This document shows positions 52,419 to 64,000 of a stretch of DNA of 64,000 nt, one piece after another. Both the position numbers and the translations under genes were made by a program. Numbering within the stretch: the stretch's first letter is position 1; the number at the start of each line of letters is the position of its first letter. This DNA is from Octopus sinensis (taxonomy: Eukaryota). The stretch covers positions 46,066,001-46,130,000 of the forward strand of contig NC_043003.1 of the NCBI RefSeq assembly GCF_006345805.1. Reading direction: 5' to 3'. The notes below the pieces were generated by a model. It had not been told where the DNA came from. It searched no databases and saw only the letters and a list, made by a program, of their open reading frames with translations.

Positions 52419-52649
52419 TGAGAGAGAAACATACAGTTAGCTAGCTAGCTAGCTAGATAGCTAGCTAGATAGATAGACAGATAGAGAGATAGGTAGGTAG
52501 ATAGATAGATAGATAGATAGATATGAGTATATGTAAATAAGTATGTATAGAGAGACTCCGAAAGAGAGATAGAAGACAGAGTGAGATGTTGATATATAGA
52601 TATTTGCATAAAATGCGAACAGTTTTTTTCAAACATTTGGTAGTAAATA

Positions 52650-55100
52650 CACGACTGTGTTTGAAATTAATCTTTTGTCTTTATGGTGGATTTTTCTTAT
52701 TTTCTTAGTCTTTCATATTTAGAATGGTATGATAACAATCTCGAATCTTTCAGTCAAAGTTTCGAGAGTTTTTCTGTATCTTTGTCGGAATAAAATGCTG
52801 GCAGCAAGAGCGAATACAGCGCATGGTTTGCTGTAGACTGCGAAGTATGAAGGAATTATTGTAACTGATGAAATTGTCAATAGCAGGTCTTGAAAAATAT
52901 TTCGATAGATTTTATGGCTTAATTTGAGATTTTGTGCTGTCATTTTTTTTTTCTGATTTTTCTATTGTTGCATTTTATTATTCGTAAGACTTCTATATAT
53001 GTTTTCAACTTTTGTCGAATTCTATTCAAAATTCCAGGGCTGTCAGTTAATTATTTTCGATCTAATATTTTTCGTGTTCTGTGCTCTAAGTTGCGATAGA
53101 CCTTTGCTGTAAATGCATGGCCAGTCAACGAGAAATTTCCATACATGTGACTGAAATGTAAACATTTGTGACATGACGCTAACAACCTTCATATCGACAT
53201 TGAAATTTTATATTACTTTGGGTGTCTGACACCATGGTTTGCTAATTTTCGATTTTATGTTGATGAGAGGGTTTCCATTCTGAGGGTTTGGGAATGACAT
53301 GTACATCCATTCTTAACACGTTCCGGCAGACTTAAGCATGGCCTTTCACTCTTAGTTGTAATATATGATGTGTGTTTGCAATGTATCCTAGTTCTAAGTT
53401 TGTAGCTGTGTATGATACTTGTGTCCTATCTTATGAGTTTTAATGAAGTATTTCCCCATTCGATAACCAGTGTGCATTTTATTCTTGCAGTATAAGTTTC
53501 TGTGTTTTACATACTTTCAGTGGTTAGTGCATCTGGGTGAAGTTATTCATAAATTTCTCAACAGCTAAATCTACTATCATGTCAGAGAACTTCATATTAA
53601 CTAGTGCTTTTTTTCTATAATCTAATCGCAAATTAGCACTGAATGTTATTCAGATAACCAATGAAAGAAAACAATTTGTTCATTGTAAATATAAGAAGTT
53701 TATGCTTCATTTCTCAAACTGTTACACTGGGCTCAAAATTTCGATATTTTATCCTTGATAGATTACATTTACATCAAGGAGCCATCGCAACAAATTATTA
53801 TAATACAGTATTTGAAAAAAAGTTACAAACCTGAATTGATAGTCTTAAATAGAGCAGCTTCCCTATGTTATTGTCTCCAAAAATATTTTTTAGTAGATTA
53901 AGACATTCTGATACAATGTAATGTAGATGTAGTGTACAAGAAAATACACCACGCAAGCGGTATTTTTCATCGATATTGCCGGAATGCTTGATATCACTTT
54001 CAATATAGCTAATGATGTACGTTTGATCCCGAATAGATCATGTTGTTTCTGTTGCACAACTTCAGTTGAATATGTTCAAACATGGCAGGCTGCTTGTATT
54101 CTTTTTATTTATACGTGTCACACTAATTTCGGGGAAATACTGGACACTAATCATGCAATGACATTTTATTTTGGTTGTTTACGAAATCGACTTTTCCATC
54201 ATTATATCAGTATTTTTTTTAAATTCTGCATTAGGTTTAAATTTTAGTCGTTTGTATTCGAAACTAATTTCTTACAAGAATTTTGTTTGATCTATTTTGT
54301 AAGCTATTCATCTTATATGATAGCAGGCAAGGACACGTTATATTTCTTTTTATGACTTCACAACGTAGTGGGTCACATTAGTAACTGCTTTCTGACGCAA
54401 AATATATTCCCACCTTTATTTGATATCCATAGTTGTTGGTTGTCAGATTATTGCTTTCTTAGACGGTGTCTATAGAAATCAAGTTTACTATAACTCCAGT
54501 CCTTAACTAAGAACCATATATTATATCAGCGACTGCAAATGTGTTGATGGCATGGATGACTTTTGTCCTATAAAGATTAGTTCATTTAAACTATTTATTA
54601 TTTCTGTCAAAATATTTCACGTTCACATTTGTATAGTTTTCACACAGCTTTAGGAACATCTTGTCGAAATTCTGCGTTATACATTATCCATCGTGTTCCA
54701 AACAATTACATTTTCTGTTGTTGGACTCTGTATAGATAGTTTCTTTTTACGTTTATCCACTTCACAGGATGTTTATATATCCACGGTAAATTGGTTGATG
54801 ATACAAAGATGTTACTTAAGTGGGAGACCGTTTGCAGCATACCATCTTAGCTGATGTACTAAAAGAAAAGATTGGATTCTTGCTACGTCGTACCTTCCCT
54901 TTTGTATGATGACACAAGAGTAACAGACATGTAATAAAAAAATTGAAGACTTAATGGAGTTCACAGTTAGATCGTTGGATGCCCCCAAGAACTCTCCTGC
55001 CACTTCGTTATTCTTTGAAAGATATTTGCAATACACTTCAGGTGTGTGTATTTTGTGCATGCTAAGGTGAGAAGTACGTAACACTGAAACAAGTGCCTTC
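52650..55100 (-). pseudogene. Possible heavily degraded hAT-like transposase
   Basis: Ordered weak remnants on the minus strand: VYCKY (BED-like), HCKHTS..PCLSLPERV (~CxCH..L..A...LP..VE), LVDWPC (~LxQWxxL), and SLLLPA..TEKLSKL (~LxLPxSNAxxERxFS). There is no intact ORF. Confidence 0.4.
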
Positions 55101-55879
55101 TTGTAGTCGATCCGGACTCATGATATTACATTTTCGCAATTTCACTGTATGATACAATTAAAAGGGACTTGTCAATTGCCCTGAAGGATTGGAGAATGAA
55201 TCACTTTTGCACTTCGGGAATTATATTATTTTAAATTTTTTTCCTAAATATTCAGTATCGTTTGAATACCAGTTTATAAATTACTAACCAAAAACTGATG
55301 GACGAGTTCCTGTCGAGTCATCTGTGCATCTTTACATGGTAATCATTGTTGTCCCCTCACTAAAAGACAACCCGGATGCTTTGACAAGATTATTCAAGAA
55401 ATTATTGAAGATTAATATTAACTTCTAGTGCAATATGTCAAACTAAAACTACCAGCAATTTTGAATGATGTCAATGATGTAATTTTTCCAGTTTTCGAAT
55501 CTGCTTAAAGGAATCCTCAAAATAGTTTTCAAAAGGCTTTGAGAACATGCTTTTTCAATTTGTATTGTCATTTCTCAGTCTTCTAACCAGCTAATATTTT
55601 TTGTTATAATAGGGTCCTCTTTCAAAAACAGATCTCCAAAACAAGGGTTTTTCAGTAGGCACCTTATCAGTATTTATTTCGTGTGTGTTTTGTGTGTGTG
55701 TGTATGTGTGTATGTGCGTGTGTGTGCGTGCGTGTTTGGAAAAGAGTTTTTTGACACGGGTACAAGTTTGAGTAGCATTGTTTGCCCATAATACAGAAAT
55801 ATTTTAATCTCGTAATTAACATAAAATAGCTGTTTTAACGAGAAAAAGTTGTGCTTCTTCATTGTTTATTGTATCATAC

Positions 55880-56450
55880 AGGTTGTGTTCTGTTGTCTTC
55901 TTTTTCTTCTTCTTGTTCTTCTTTTTCTCCTCCTCCTCCTCCTCCTCCTCTGTCTCCTCTTTCTTGAATTTTTACTCCTATTTCATCTATTTCCTTCCTC
56001 CTCTTCTTTCCTTCTCTTTCATCTCTTCCATTCCTCTTCTCCTTCCTTTTATTCTCCTCCTTTGTCTCCTTCTTCTTCTTCTCCCCCTTCTCTCTCTTCT
56101 TGAATTCCTTCTTTCACCTCTTCCCTACTTCCTCTTCCTTCTTTTCTTCTTCTTCTTCTTCTTCTCCTTCTTGTTTTCCTTCTTCTTCCACTTCTTGAAT
56201 TCCTTCTCTTTCATCTCTTCCTTAATTCCTCTCCCTTTTCTTTTTCTTCTTCTTCTCCTTCTTCTTCTTGTTTTCCTTCTTCATCTCCTCCTTCTCCTTC
56301 TTCTTCTTGTTTTCCTTCTTCTTCTACCTCTTCTTGAATTCCTTCTCTTTCATCTCTTCCTTACTTCCTCTTCCTTCTTTTCTTCTTCTTCTCCTCCTCC
56401 TCCTCCTCCTTGTTTTTGTTAATGTTGCTCTTTTTTTTTCTTCTTCTTAA
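55880..56450. repeat. Pyrimidine-rich (CTT/CCT)n low-complexity tract
   Basis: Read directly. Confidence 0.93.
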
Positions 56451-56634
56451 CTCTTTTTCTTATTTTTGACAGTGTGTTGCTGTTGTTGTTGTTACTTTTA
56501 TTCTGTTTCTATTAGTACAGTCGATGCTACTAATTAACGAAAATAGGAAACTTTTGGTGCATTATGATATGTAAATCATTCCGATAAAGTCATCCATTCA
56601 CCACTGTTTGCTGTCCTTCACCATCTCCCGACCT

Positions 56635-56666
<32 letters not shown>

Positions 56667-57423
56667 TTGCCTGCAACACTGATTATTTGTAATATTTTGT
56701 ATAAATACTGTCATTTCATTCTGCGGGGCTATATTAATCCATAAATGTTAATAACAACAACAACAACACCAACGAGAGCGGCAGCAAAAACAACAACGAC
56801 AACAAAAAACAATAAAAGGATAAAAGAATAAACAAACGAATAAATGATTCTGACAATTGAAAAACTCATGATTTCTGGGGCAATTTGCTTAAGGTATGTT
56901 CAAGAAGTAGAAAAACGTTATAAAAACATGATGAAATAACTGAATTGAATGAAGCAATTTCATTTTAGAATGTGACCTGAACATAACGTCCATGAATGTG
57001 CTCAGATTTCGGATACTTGGTCGTTCACATTAAATTGAAGTGTTTCAATCTGGCATTCTCAGGTGGACATGTCCCATATTTACAGAACTGTGAAGTAGTT
57101 AGGGAGGCTGAAATTAATTAATGCTTTGTTTCTCAGATCTGTAACAGAAATTCTATGAAAACAACCCTGACGTTCTTCTGATGTTTCAGAATAGATATTT
57201 AAATCCTTAAAATTCTTACAATAAAACTGCAAAAGCCATAAGTAAAAGTTAATAAACTGTATTTTATGTCATTATTGGTGAACAATAGCGTCGTGAGTTA
57301 TAAATTTCAGGCTGTCGGAGCTGATGCTCACTCGTTAGCTCAATCGTCGAAAGATTGACTGTTGGAGCGATGGTGACGTCATTATCCAAATCTCACAGAT
57401 GTCTCCTTTACCTCTTATCCTTT

Positions 57424-57676
57424 AGGATGGGATTATGTTAGTAGTGCAACGATGGTAGTAGTATGATAATGCGACAGTTGCAGTGGAGAAATAATCGTGT
57501 TGATGACATCATTATGATGATAATATTCTTTTCTACTCTAGGCACAAGGCCCGAAATTTTGGAGGTAGGAGGGGCCAGTCGATTAGATCGATCCCAGTAC
57601 GCAACTGGTACTTAATTTATCGATCCCGAAAGGATGAAAGCAAAGTCGACCTCGTCGGAATTTGATTAGGACGATA
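57424..57676. repeat. Copy 1 of a ~250-bp duplication (unique flank plus truncated SINE A on the minus strand)
   Basis: Matches 58716-58962, including the same SINE truncation junction GGAATTTG|ATTAGGACGATA. Confidence 0.88.
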
Positions 57677-57696
57677 AATATCCAATCAAGTAAATG

Positions 57697-57968
57697 TTAA
57701 GGCGTATGAATCAGTGGTTAGAGTGTCGGGTTTCCAATCATGGAGAAGTGAGTTCCATTTCCGGACCGGGCTGTGTGTTATGTTCTTCAGTAAGACACTT
57801 TATTTCGCGTTGTTCCAGTTCACTCAGCTGTAGATATGAGTTGCGATGTCAATGTATCGCCAAGCTGTATCGGCATTTGCCTTTCCCTTGGATAGCAGTG
57901 GTGTGGAGAAGGGAGGCTGGTATGCATGGCCGACTGCTGGTCTTCCATAAGCAACCTTGCTCGGAGTT
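57697..57968 (+). mobile_element. SINE family B-related, tail type 3
   Basis: tRNA-like head, B-like core (..AAGACACTTTATTTCGCGTTGTTCCAGTTCACTCAGCTG) and tail GAGTTGCGATGTCA...GGTATGCATGG. Confidence 0.75.
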
Positions 57969-58193
57969 GAAATATTACAATTAGTCTTCAGTATGTGATT
58001 CTGTCTTGAAAGTTGTGACGTTAACAGTAGTGTGACGATGGTAGAGATGTGATTATGGAATTTATGTAACGATGGTAGTTCTTTGATGGTGGCAGTTGTG
58101 TACGTTTGTGGAAGCGTGACAATAAAAGAATATGATGGTGATGATGATGGTGATGATAATGATGATGATGGTGATGGTGGTGATGATGGTGAC

Positions 58194-58235
<42 letters not shown>

Positions 58236-58319
58236 ACGATCATCGTGATGCGACGATTGTAGTAATGAAACAATTGCAGTGGTGTGACTAGGAGAACTAT
58301 GACAATGGTAAAGAGTTAA

Positions 58320-58661
58320 GGGTAAAGACTCCCTGCGGTCATGAATGACCATGGGATTGCATCTAGAAAGTTCCCTCTCCGAGGCAAAGTCCGGGCAATG
58401 TCGTTTTAATGGGAAACCAGCAGACGCCCATGCATACCAGTCTCTCCTCCCCACGCCACCGGTGTAATTCAAAGGAAAAGGAAAGGCTGATACAGCTTGG
58501 CACCAGTGACATCGCAACTCATTCCTAAAGCTGAGTGAATTGGAACAACGAGAAGTAAAGAGACTTGTTCAAGAACTCAACACACTGCCCTGTCAAGGAA
58601 CCGAACTCACTACCGCATGATTATGAGCCCGACACTGTATCCACTGAGCCATGCACCTTCA
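58320..58661 (-). mobile_element. SINE family B-related, tail type 3
   Basis: Reverse complement collinear with 57697-57968 and extending further 3'. Confidence 0.78.
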
Positions 58662-58715
58662 CATATGACAATGGTAATGACGCGATAAAAACAGTAACAA
58701 ATATAATGGAATTGT

Positions 58716-58962
58716 AGGGATGGGATTATGTTAGTAGTGCAACGATGGTAGAAGTGTGATAATGCGTCAGCTGCAGTGGAGAAATAATCGTGTTGATGAC
58801 ATCATTATGATGATAATATTCTTTCCTACTCTAGGCACAAGGCCCGAAATTTTGGGGAAAGAGTCGATTAAATCGACCCCAGTACGCCACTGGTACTTAA
58901 TTTATCGACCCCGAAAGGATGAAAGGCAAAGTCGACCTTGCCGGAATTTGATTAGGACGATA
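58716..58962. repeat. Copy 2 of the ~250-bp duplication
   Basis: See 57424-57676. Confidence 0.88.
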
Positions 58963-59339
58963 TACGATAATATTAGTGCGACAATGGTCGTGGTTTAACG
59001 ATGTTACAGAAATTACGTTGTGACATTAAAGGCGATGTAACGACTTTGGTGACTGAGTGACGTTGATGGTGGTTGATGTTCTCGTTTTACATGATTTAGT
59101 CAAATGAAGAATAGTAGCAATTTTCACTATTTTCAGAACATTTGAGATTCCTGAGGCAAGGAGAATTAGGTAATAGCGTTAAATCTAGCGTAGGACTATG
59201 TCTACATCGGAAGATCAGTAGTGATGACATGTTATAGGTGGTGTGACGCTGTTAATGGCACGGCATAGTGAAGTAGTGTGACGTTGGGTTGCAGCATGGT
59301 ATTGTGTAGTATGGCGATGAGAGGCAATGTTACGTGGTA

Positions 59340-60200
59340 TATTTGTTATCTGTGTGAAGTTCTGTAGCGTTATCCGTTGGTTAGCAATGTAACGTTGGTT
59401 AGCCGTACGTCATTAATTAGAAACATCAGGCAAAATAGTGACGTATAACGCTGTTTTGCAGTTTGACGTTTAGTGGTGGTATGCTGCAATGTAGCGTTGT
59501 AACGTTGAGTAGCAGCATGACGTTGGGTAGTAGACTGACGAGAGTATAACTTTGAATAGCTGAGTAATTTTGATGTAATATAAAGTTGTGCCATTTGGTG
59601 GTAATCCCATGTTGTGTAGCCGTTTGACGTTGAGTAGCGTTCTACGTAGTGTAGTGATGTAACTTTGGTTAGCAGAGTGACACTGAACGGAGGCATAACG
59701 TAATATAGTGCTGTGATGTTACATAAAGGTATAATGATGTTTAGCTATGTCAGGTTTTGTTGTAGTATGCCGTAATGCAGCGTTGTGACGTTGAATAGCA
59801 TTATGACGTTGTGTGGAAGATTGGCGTGCATATGGCGTTGTGTGTCGGAGTGATGTAGGTGCACTGTAACCCTATGGCGTTGGGTGGAAATGTTACGTAG
59901 TTCAGGCGTATGGCGTTAAGTAACGTTCTATGTATTGTAGCGATGTAACGTTGACTATCAGTGTGACACTGTGTGGGTGAATTACGTAGTGTAGTGGTGT
60001 GACGTAAGATAGATGAATGACGATGTTTAGCAGTGTGAGGTTCAGTGGTGGCATAGTGTAATGTAGCGTTGTGACGTTATATGTTAGTTTGACGTGAGCA
60101 TGTATAGCGCGGTGAATCTGATGTAGTGTCACAGTGACGACGTTGAGTGGTGACAGCATATTGAGAAGCGACGTGGTGATATTTTTTAGTAGGAGGGCGT
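59340..60200. repeat. Cryptic, diverged tandem repeat with 286-bp period built from GACGTTG-like subrepeats
   Basis: ATGYAGCGTTGTRACGTT at 59489, 59775 and 60061 (286-bp spacing). Other motifs pair at 59626/59912 and 59657/59943. Confidence 0.75.
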
Positions 60201-60496
60201 GGGGTGAAAATTGCAGGTCATTTTGTGTATTGGTTGACAGATCAAAACAGTCCAATGTATAGAATGCAACTGTGATGGCATATCATCTGTAGCCAACGGT
60301 GTATTTACACAGTATCATGATCAGTATGAAAAGGTGAGTTGGGGGGTGAGGAAAGGGTCAAAAGGTTATGTAGGAAGGTGGGGAAAGCTTAAGTGTAAGG
60401 GGAAGGGCAGATTGGAATAGCACTTATAGTAGTAGTAATGGGAGTGGTAGGGGTAGTGATAACAGTCGGAGAAGTAGTAGAGCAGGAGGTCAGCGG

Positions 60497-60990
<494 letters not shown>

Positions 60991-61899
60991 ATTATGTTTT
61001 AGTGTAGCTGTTTAGGAAGGATTGATGATAGTTGCCTGGCTGCTGCTGTTGTTGTTGTTGTTCTTGTTGTTAGAGGTAAAGAGGATGCAGCGACGGCGAC
61101 GTGACGGAATAGAAGGTATTTAATTGAGGTATGGTTGAGTAGATGTCGGTTGATGTTAGTGACGGTGATGGTGGTTAGCAGCCCCCAAAGTCGGGGCGAG
61201 GGTAGGGGTAGGAGGTGAATAGCCAGAGGCATTCGTGTCACTGTTCAGTGGGGATATTTTAATCAATAATTGAAATTAAGGGGCCGGCGAGGGGGCGTGG
61301 AGTGAATTAAAATATGGGACGGAAACATTCCATTAGACTTGTTACTGTTTTGATTGCTATTATTATTAGTATTGTTATTACTGTGGGTGGTGGTGGGGGT
61401 GGTGATGGTAGAGGTGTAACGCTCATTGTTGTTACTACTGCTGCTACTGCTGCTACTGCTGCTGCTGTTTTAGTGTGAGAGGTGATGTCAGAATTGGTGA
61501 TTGGGTGTTGCAATGGTTAGAGTGAATGCAAGAGTTGATGTTGCATAGGATGTTGCTTTTTTGTCGATGGTGATAATGAGGAGGAGTAGAAGGATGGCAT
61601 TAGAGGTTACGGTTGAAGTGCAATCGCTGTTGTTAATACTTTGAATGTTGTTGTTGTTTTGCAGTAGTGGAGATGGATGTGATGGTGTGTGTGTGTGTGT
61701 GTGTGGTGTGTGTGTGTGTGTGTTGATAGTAATTGCCATCTTTACTTTCATGTTGATGCCTTTTGTTATTCCTGCTGTTAGTTACCACGTTGTCGATTCT
61801 TCACCCCCCCCGCCCCACCTACCCGCGCACCATTCACTGTCAGCTTACTTTAAATTGCTACACTGAAGCAGCGTACAGAACACCGCACAAACACAAAAA

Positions 61900-63414
61900 C
61901 ACACACACCAGCACCAACCCATCTAGACCACAACAACCAACCAACCAGCCAGCCAGCCAGCCAACCAACTCTTCACCACATCCCCCTCAACCAGAACAAG
62001 CATCACAACTATTGCCATCACCAAGACTATCAACACAATCACAACAACCATTGAAATTATTACCAACGCTGTGACTACCCCCATTACCAATTCCTACCCC
62101 CACTTCTACTCTTACACCCCCCATAACTACTACCTCCTTACATCACAAGTAACATCAAAAATTTCCATCATTACCAACACCCCTATACCACTTCCATAAC
62201 AACTACTATAACAAGCACTGCTACCTTCAAAACTGCCACCAACACCACCACAATCACGACCACCACCACCTCCACCATTACAATCACAACCACCACCACA
62301 ATCACCAACACCACTACCATTACAACTACCTCCACCGCCACTACCACCATCAACATCACCATCACCTCCACCATTACCACCACCACCGGCGCCACCACCA
62401 CCAACACCACTGCCATCACAACCAACTCCACCACCACTACTACCACCACTGGCGCCAACACCACCACCACCACTGCCACCATCGGCGCCACCAACACCAC
62501 CACCATTACCATCACAAGCACCTCCACCACTGCTACCACCACCGGCGCCACCACCACCAACACCACTACCATCAACATCACTATCACCACCACCATTACC
62601 ATCACAACCACCTCCACCATCACCACCACTACCACCACCACTAAAATTACAACTGCCTCCACCACCACCACCACCACTACCACCACCACTAAAATTACAA
62701 CTGCCTCCACCACCACCACCACTACCACCACAACTAAAATTACAACTGCCTCCACCACCACCACTACCACTACCACCACTATCACCACTCCCCACCACCA
62801 CTTCTACCACTTTCACCACCACCACCACCACCACAACGAAACCAAGATCACAGCTATCATCACAGCGTCTACACTCCCACTACCATCATCACAACCACAA
62901 AACCTGGAGTTGCAATTACCATCACTAACACCAACACCACTACCCCACAGACACGACTACCAACCAAACATTACCTCAGCACCACCACCACCACCTGCAT
63001 ACCGGACCACAAGAAATATCGCTACCATTATAACCAGATGGAAACTATGAATACCATCCACAACAACCACAAATTATAGCATAGGTTACATTTTGCAATC
63101 TGCATTATCATTGAGAAAAAACAGCATTATTACAGCGATCATCGCTATAGCTATTACCGAGGCCATTATCATAATCGACATTATCACATTCATCATCAAA
63201 TTCACCATTATCACCGTCATCATAATCATCAGCATTATAACAACCATCAACAACATCGCATCATCAAAACCACTGTCATCGTCACTATCATCATCGTCAC
63301 CATTGTCATAACCGTCACCATCAGCAGCAGCATCTTCATCGTAATCATCATCGCCGCCACTACCACCATCATCACCATCATCATCATCATCATCGTAATC
63401 ATCATCATCATCGT

Positions 63415-63449
<35 letters not shown>

Positions 63450-63730
63450 CTATTACCATCATCATCACTATTACCATCATCATCACTATTACCATCATCA
63501 TCACTATTATCATCATCGTAATCATCATCATCATCGTAATCATCATCATCATCATCACTATTATCATCATCACTATTATCATCATCATCATCCGCAGCAG
63601 CAGCAGCAGCAGCAGCAGCAGCTTTACAAGAACCATCATCGCCATTATTGTTGTGATAGCAATCATCATCAACTCGGCTATCATATCTCTCATCAATGGC
63701 ATCACGAACACAACCATCATAACCGAAACG
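61900..63730. repeat. Decayed (ACC)n and (ATC)n low-complexity regions with short internal minisatellites
   Basis: ACTAAAATTACAACTGCCTCCACC occurs three times at ~62640-62760; TCATCACTATTACCATCA units at ~63444-63500. Confidence 0.88.
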
Positions 63731-63853
63731 AAAAACAATATGAAAGAACAGAAAGACGGACAAAGAACTAAAGTTAATGGTCTGTTCCACAAGATTTACC
63801 GCAGTTCATTCTCCCGACATATGCAAAGAAATATAGAAATAAGAGTGGAAATC

Positions 63854-63919
<66 letters not shown>

Positions 63920-64000
63920 ATACATACATACATTCACATATATATATACATATATATGTATATGAAGAATATATACGTTTATATATATATGTATATATAT

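Noticed and set aside
62130-62834. Long Gly-rich and Val-rich ORFs on the minus strand and a Thr-rich mucin-like frame on the plus strand (also 11605-12921 and 63086-63792)
   Set aside because: Decayed (ACC)n/(ATC)n is open in several frames on both strands at once; there is no signal peptide, domain or splice support.

Overview
This is intergenic or intronic eukaryotic DNA. It is AT-rich, saturated with microsatellites and dominated by transposable-element relics; the SINE repertoire and repeat landscape suggest an octopus (cephalopod) genome, which is an inference. I recognised no host protein-coding gene, rRNA, tRNA gene or CRISPR array, and nearly all ORFs in the supplied track are microsatellite artefacts. 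The real coding remnants are a frameshifted Penelope-like RT (1-1262), a 5'-truncated CR1-group LINE (32140-33971), fragments of RLE-type (R4/Dong/NeSL-like) LINEs, a Tc1 transposase relic and weaker piggyBac-like and hAT-like relics. Non-coding elements include two copies of a non-autonomous Helitron and dozens of tRNA-derived SINEs of at least three families. The most striking signal is a cluster at 29.3-31.6 kb of minimal type I hammerhead ribozyme motifs from three unrelated repeat families. One sits in a tandem array of ~530-bp units that has the architecture of a non-LTR retrozyme or Penelope pseudo-LTR and predicts a ~530-nt self-cleaved, possibly circular, RNA. A second highlight is a SINE whose 3' tail shares sequence and a compensated stem-loop with the 3' end of the CR1-like LINE in the same window.
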